This document shows, piece by piece, positions 59,897 to 64,000 of a stretch of DNA of 64,000 nt. The position numbers and the translations under genes were made by a program. Position 1 is the stretch's first letter, and every line of letters begins with the position of its first letter. The stretch lies in contig CAMYLC010000098.1 of the NCBI GenBank assembly GCA_947259195.1, positions 497-64,496 of the forward strand, given 5' to 3'. The stretch comes from Thermoanaerobaculia bacterium. Lineage in GTDB: Bacteria; Acidobacteriota; Thermoanaerobaculia; Multivoradales; JAHEKO01. The notes beneath the pieces are model-generated. The model had not been told where the DNA came from. It worked only from the letters and a program-made list of their open reading frames with translations, and did not search any database.

Positions 59897-60922
59897 GTGC
59901 CCAGCGAGCGAAACATCCTCTCCGGAGCGCCCGAATCCGAAGAGCTCGGCATCGAGCAGTCTCTGCGACCCGAAAGGCTCAGTGACTATGTCGGCCAGGA
60001 GCGGATCGTCAGCAAGTTGCGGGTCTTCATGCAGGCGGCCCTGGAACGCCGAGAGGCATTGGACCACGTGCTGCTCTTCGGACCACCCGGCCTCGGCAAG
60101 ACCACCCTGGCACACATCGTCGCTCGGGAGATGGGTACCTCTCTTCGCAGCACTTCGGGTCCGGTCCTCGAGCGACCCGGCGATCTCGCTGCCATCCTGA
60201 CGAATCTCGAGCCCGGTCAGGTGCTGTTCATCGATGAGATGCACCGCCTGGGCCCGACGATCGAGGAGATCCTCTACCCGGCCCTGGAGGACTATCGACT
60301 CGACCTGGTGATCGGTCAGGGTCCGGCGGCTCGGACGATGCAGATCGACCTGCGACCCTTCACCCTGGTGGGAGCTACGACCCGGGCCGGCCTCATTACC
60401 GGTCCCCTGAGGGCACGCTTCGGCATCGTACATCGTCTCGACTTCTACGAACCGCCCGAGCTGGTAGAGATCGCGCGGAGATCGGCACTCCTGCTCGATA
60501 TTCATCTCGAGGACGACGGCGCCGAAGAGATCGCACGGCGCAGCCGAGGCACTCCCAGGATCGCCAACCGCCTGCTGCGCAGGGTGCGCGATTTCGCCCA
60601 GGTCAAGGGTGATGGGGTCATCAACTACGAGACTGCTGCCCGAGCACTCGAGATGCTGGAGGTCGATGAGCTCGGCTTCGACGAGGTAGACCGCAAGATC
60701 CTCACCACGTTGATCGAGCACTACCAGGGTGGGCCCGCCGGCATCGGAGCCATCGCGGCAGCGGTCGGCGAGGACCGGGGCACGATCGAGGACCTCTACG
60801 AGCCCTATCTCATCCAACAGGGCTTTCTGCAGCGCACCAAACAGGGCCGGATCGTCACCTCCCGGGCCTATGAGCACCTCGGCCAGCCGCCGCCGCCCGA
60901 CTCGACCGCCCGCCTTTTCTAG
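59897..60922 (+). CDS. ruvB: Holliday junction DNA helicase RuvB
   Basis: GTG start. [13 protein letters not shown], Walker [20 protein letters not shown] and the sensor [13 protein letters not shown]. Confidence 0.97.
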   Translation: MPSERNILSGAPESEELGIEQSLRPERLSDYVGQERIVSKLRVFMQAALERREALDHVLLFGPPGLGKTTLAHIVAREMGTSLRSTSGPVLERPGDLAAILTNLEPGQVLFIDEMHRLGPTIEEILYPALEDYRLDLVIGQGPAARTMQIDLRPFTLVGATTRAGLITGPLRARFGIVHRLDFYEPPELVEIARRSALLLDIHLEDDGAEEIARRSRGTPRIANRLLRRVRDFAQVKGDGVINYETAARALEMLEVDELGFDEVDRKILTTLIEHYQGGPAGIGAIAAAVGEDRGTIEDLYEPYLIQQGFLQRTKQGRIVTSRAYEHLGQPPPPDSTARLF

Positions 60923-60940
60923 CCTCGCTTCGGTGGCGCC

Positions 60941-61828
60941 GTGAGTACAGCCTCTTTGATCTTCAACCCACGAGCTGGCCGTTGGCGCACACCCCAATTG
61001 GTGGACCGCATCCTGAGGGCATTGCAGCGACCGGGTCAAAGCATCGAAGCTTGGCCTACTCGTTCGCCCGGGGACGCGACTCGCCTGGCCAGGCAGGTAG
61101 TGGAGGCCGGCGCAGAGACTGTCTATGCGTTCGGGGGTGACGGAACCCTGCGAGAAGCCGCTGCCGGCCTGTTGGGCTCGGAGGCGACCCTGGGCACCAT
61201 CCCCGGTGGCACAGCCAACGTCATCCCTCTCGCACTCGGACTACCGCCGCGACCCGTCGCGGCCGCCAGGCGGCTCCGAGAGGCGATGCCCATCGAGATG
61301 GACGTCGGGCGGTGCGGCACGGAGATCTTCCTCATGCAGGCCTCCGGCGGCCTGGATGCCCGGGCGTTGCACCATCTCGACCCCGTCCAGAAGCGCTACC
61401 TCGGCAAAATCGCCGTCGCCTTGGCCGGCCTCTCCCAGTGGCGCAAGTACGACTATCCCGATCTCGAGTTGGTGGCCGACGGCCGCACCCAGTTCGCCTC
61501 CTTTTTCGCTATCTGCAACCTTCCCTACTACGGGGGTCGCTTTCGTCTGGCGCCAGCCGCTCGACTCGACGACCACCAGCTGCACCTGGTTCTCTTTCAC
61601 GGTCGGGGCCAGGCGGAGACCCTGGGGTTCGCCCGCGATCTGGCTCTCGGCAAGCACGAGGCAAGGGGCGACGTAGAGGTCATCCCCGTCCAGGAGGTCG
61701 AGTTGAAGGCTCCACCCGGCCTCGCCCTGCAGCTGGACGGCGATGCGATGAGCTCGGCGCTGCCCATGACCGTTCGTCTGGCCGAGGAGCGGCTTCGCGT
61801 CCTGGCGCTTCCGGGCGCGGCCGGCTGA
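60941..61828 (+). CDS. diacylglycerol-kinase-family lipid kinase (YegS/BmrU type)
   Basis: GTG start. FGGDGTLREAA and GTIPGGTANV motifs. 295 aa. Confidence 0.85.
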   Translation: MSTASLIFNPRAGRWRTPQLVDRILRALQRPGQSIEAWPTRSPGDATRLARQVVEAGAETVYAFGGDGTLREAAAGLLGSEATLGTIPGGTANVIPLALGLPPRPVAAARRLREAMPIEMDVGRCGTEIFLMQASGGLDARALHHLDPVQKRYLGKIAVALAGLSQWRKYDYPDLELVADGRTQFASFFAICNLPYYGGRFRLAPAARLDDHQLHLVLFHGRGQAETLGFARDLALGKHEARGDVEVIPVQEVELKAPPGLALQLDGDAMSSALPMTVRLAEERLRVLALPGAAG

Positions 61829-61897
61829 GTGAATTCCCATCGATGCCCAAACCGCTCACAGCGTTATGATGCTGACGAATTGGAGAGCTTTTCAGCC

Positions 61898-64000
61898 ATG
61901 AAGCCAATCGAAACCGTCCAGTCGCTCAAGCCCATCTTTTCGCCCCGCTCGGTGGCCGTCATCGGGGCATCGCGGAATCGCAATTCCCTCGGTTTCGCCC
62001 TAGTGCACAACCTGGTCTTCGGCCAGTTCAATGGCGCCATCTTCCCCGTCAATCCCCACGCCGGCAACATTCACTCACTCAAGGCCTACAAAAGCGTGGG
62101 CGACATCCCCGACCCGGTGGACCTGGCGGTCGTCATGGTCCCCAGGGCGCTGGTCATGGGGGTGGTCGAGGAGTGCCTCGAGAAGGAGATCAAGGGTCTG
62201 GTGGTCATTACCGCCGGCTACTCAGAGACAGGGGCGGAAGGCCTCGCGCTCGAACGCGAGCTTCGGGCCCGGGTGCGCGAGGGTGGAGCCCGCATGATCG
62301 GCCCCAACTGCATGGGCGTCATCAACACCGATCCGGAAATCCGGCTCGACGCCACCTTTTCGCCCACCCCGGCCCGTCGAGGCTCCATCGGTTTCGTCAG
62401 CCAGTCGGGCGCGCTGGGCGTGGCGATTCTCAACGCCGCCGCCGACCTGGGGCTGGGGCTCACCCAGTTTGTCTCCATGGGAAACAAAGCCGATGTCTCG
62501 GGCAATGACCTGGTGGAATACTGGGAGGACGACCCTGACACGAAGGTCATCTGTATGTACCTGGAGTCGTTCGGGAATCCGCGTCGCTTTCCCCAGATCG
62601 CCAAGCGGGTCAGCCGCAAGAAGCCCATCCTGATCGTCAAGTCGGGTCGCACTGCCGAGGGAGCACGTGCCGCCTCCAGCCACACCGGGGCCATCGCCGG
62701 GGCCGACGTGCCCGTGTCAGCCTTCCTCGAGCAATGTGGGGTGCTGCGCGCCAACACCATCGAGGAGCTCTTCGCCATTGCCAAGGCCCTCGACCGCTGC
62801 CCGCTGTCGCCGGGCAAGCGAGTGGCCATCCTGACCAACGCCGGCGGCCCGGCCATCATGGCGACCGATGCCTGCGTCAACTTGGGGCTAGAGATCGCCG
62901 AGCTGAGCCCGCCGACGCTCGAGGCCCTGGCGGCCTTCCTGCCACCCGAGGCGAGCATCGTCAACCCGATCGACATGATCGCTTCCGCAACTCCCGAGGG
63001 CTACTCCAAGGCGCTGCACGCCATTCTGGCGGACGAGCGGGTCGACATGGTGATGGTCATCAACGTCCGGCCACTGCTCACTAACCCCATCGACGTCATG
63101 CGGGAGGTTGGTGAAGCGATAAAGGGACAAAAGAAGCCGGTAGTCGCCGTAATGATGGCCACCGAGGAGTTTCACGACGAGGTCCGGAAGCGTACCGATC
63201 TGCCACCGGTCTACGAGTTTCCCGAATCGGCCGCTCGGGCGCTGGCCCAGCTCTATCGCTACTCGGCCTTCCGGGCACGTCCGGCAGATAAGCCAATTCC
63301 GGAGTTCGAGGTCGACGACCAGGCGGTGGCCGACATCCTGGCGCAGCAAGGCGAAGGGTACCTGCCCGACGGACTTGCGTTCAGAGTCCTCGAGCTCTAC
63401 GGCATTCCGGTTGCCAAATGGCGCGAGGTTACCGGCAGCGTCGACGCCTCTGTCGCAGCAGAAGGGATCGGCTATCCGGTGGTCGTCAAGGCTATCGGGC
63501 CCGAGCTCGTGCACAAGAGCGACCTGGGTGCGGTGAAGATCGACCTGCGCAGCTCCAGCGAGCTCGAGAAGGCCATGCACGAGATCCGCACCTCACTCAA
63601 AGGAGCGCAGGTCGAGAGCGAAGGGTTCCTGCTCCAAGAGCTGGGGCGTGGTGGCCACGAGGTAATTTTCGGCATCACAACCGACCCCCGATTCGGTCCA
63701 CTCCTCATGTTCGGCCTGGGGGGCAAGTACGTGGAGGTACTGCGCGACGTGCGCTTCGGTGTGCCGCCCCTGACACCCCAGGAAGCCCGCGAGATGATCC
63801 GCGGTATTCAGGGCTTCCCGTTGCTGGAGGGAGTGCGTGGCGAGTCCGGCGCCGACCTCGAGCTGCTCGAAGAGATCCTGCTGCGAATCGCCCAGCTCGC
63901 CGAGCGCCACCCCAAAATCCAGGAGTTGGACGTCAATCCCTTCGTCGCCGCCGCCGACCGGGCGAGCGCCAAGGCCCTCGACGTGCGAATTCGGGTGGCA
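61898..64000 (+). CDS. ADP-forming acetyl/acyl-CoA synthetase family protein (CoA-binding + ligase-CoA + ATP-grasp), 3' end outside the window; could be the N-terminal part of a Pat-type acetyltransferase
   Basis: The frame is open from ATG 61898 to the window end (701 codons). It is not in the ORF track because no stop is reached. SVAVIGASRN, GPNCMGVIN, FVSQSGALG and SSHTGAIAG, then the ATP-grasp region YPVVVKA...KSDLGAV. Confidence 0.85.
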   Translation, partial: MKPIETVQSLKPIFSPRSVAVIGASRNRNSLGFALVHNLVFGQFNGAIFPVNPHAGNIHSLKAYKSVGDIPDPVDLAVVMVPRALVMGVVEECLEKEIKGLVVITAGYSETGAEGLALERELRARVREGGARMIGPNCMGVINTDPEIRLDATFSPTPARRGSIGFVSQSGALGVAILNAAADLGLGLTQFVSMGNKADVSGNDLVEYWEDDPDTKVICMYLESFGNPRRFPQIAKRVSRKKPILIVKSGRTAEGARAASSHTGAIAGADVPVSAFLEQCGVLRANTIEELFAIAKALDRCPLSPGKRVAILTNAGGPAIMATDACVNLGLEIAELSPPTLEALAAFLPPEASIVNPIDMIASATPEGYSKALHAILADERVDMVMVINVRPLLTNPIDVMREVGEAIKGQKKPVVAVMMATEEFHDEVRKRTDLPPVYEFPESAARALAQLYRYSAFRARPADKPIPEFEVDDQAVADILAQQGEGYLPDGLAFRVLELYGIPVAKWREVTGSVDASVAAEGIGYPVVVKAIGPELVHKSDLGAVKIDLRSSSELEKAMHEIRTSLKGAQVESEGFLLQELGRGGHEVIFGITTDPRFGPLLMFGLGGKYVEVLRDVRFGVPPLTPQEAREMIRGIQGFPLLEGVRGESGADLELLEEILLRIAQLAERHPKIQELDVNPFVAAADRASAKALDVRIRVA

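Overview
GC-rich bacterial chromosomal segment, densely coding on both strands, with many long antisense shadow ORFs. I found no rRNA or tRNA genes, no CRISPR array and no transposase or integrase. Three blocks are ordinary. Block 1 (1-13.9 kb) holds a cls 3' end, kefF/kefC-type K+ efflux, a DASS transporter, a DtxR-FeoA regulator with feoB, and membrane proteins. Block 2 (36-43 kb) holds a beta-lactamase-fold protein, DUF2891, OsmC and an M14 peptidase. Block 3 (43-64 kb) holds lhr, a kinase-glycosidase fusion, rng-rodA-mrdA-mreDCB, ppiD-like, ruvAB, a lipid kinase and an ADP-forming acyl-CoA synthetase. The accessory core (13.9-35.8 kb) is a split version of the E. coli ygeW/hyuA/yqeA/ygfK/ssnA/ygfM/xdhD-type molybdenum-hydroxylase (selenium-associated, purine/urate-type) catabolic gene set, and its parts list is non-canonical. 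It has two different Mo hydroxylases back to back and two tandem fold-type-II PLP enzymes. Its YgfK homologue lacks the whole flavin/NAD(P)H module. A pyrB-like gene is wedged between carbamate kinase and ygeW. A pore-less voltage-sensor-domain membrane protein is translationally coupled to the short YgfK. Other points worth a second look: a DUF3179 gene whose only defect is a TGA exactly at the conserved Cys of its CPLC motif (selenoprotein candidate); gene remnants of an alpha-carbonic anhydrase and an internally deleted ClC channel; a likely CTG start for mreC; an 11-bp palindrome pair in the carbamate kinase/pyrB-like divergent promoter; a dispersed GGGGCNTA octamer repeat with G-quadruplex potential; and a 380-nt hairpin-rich intergenic region. 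Every functional call rests on by-eye motif recognition and remembered family signatures. No searches were run.
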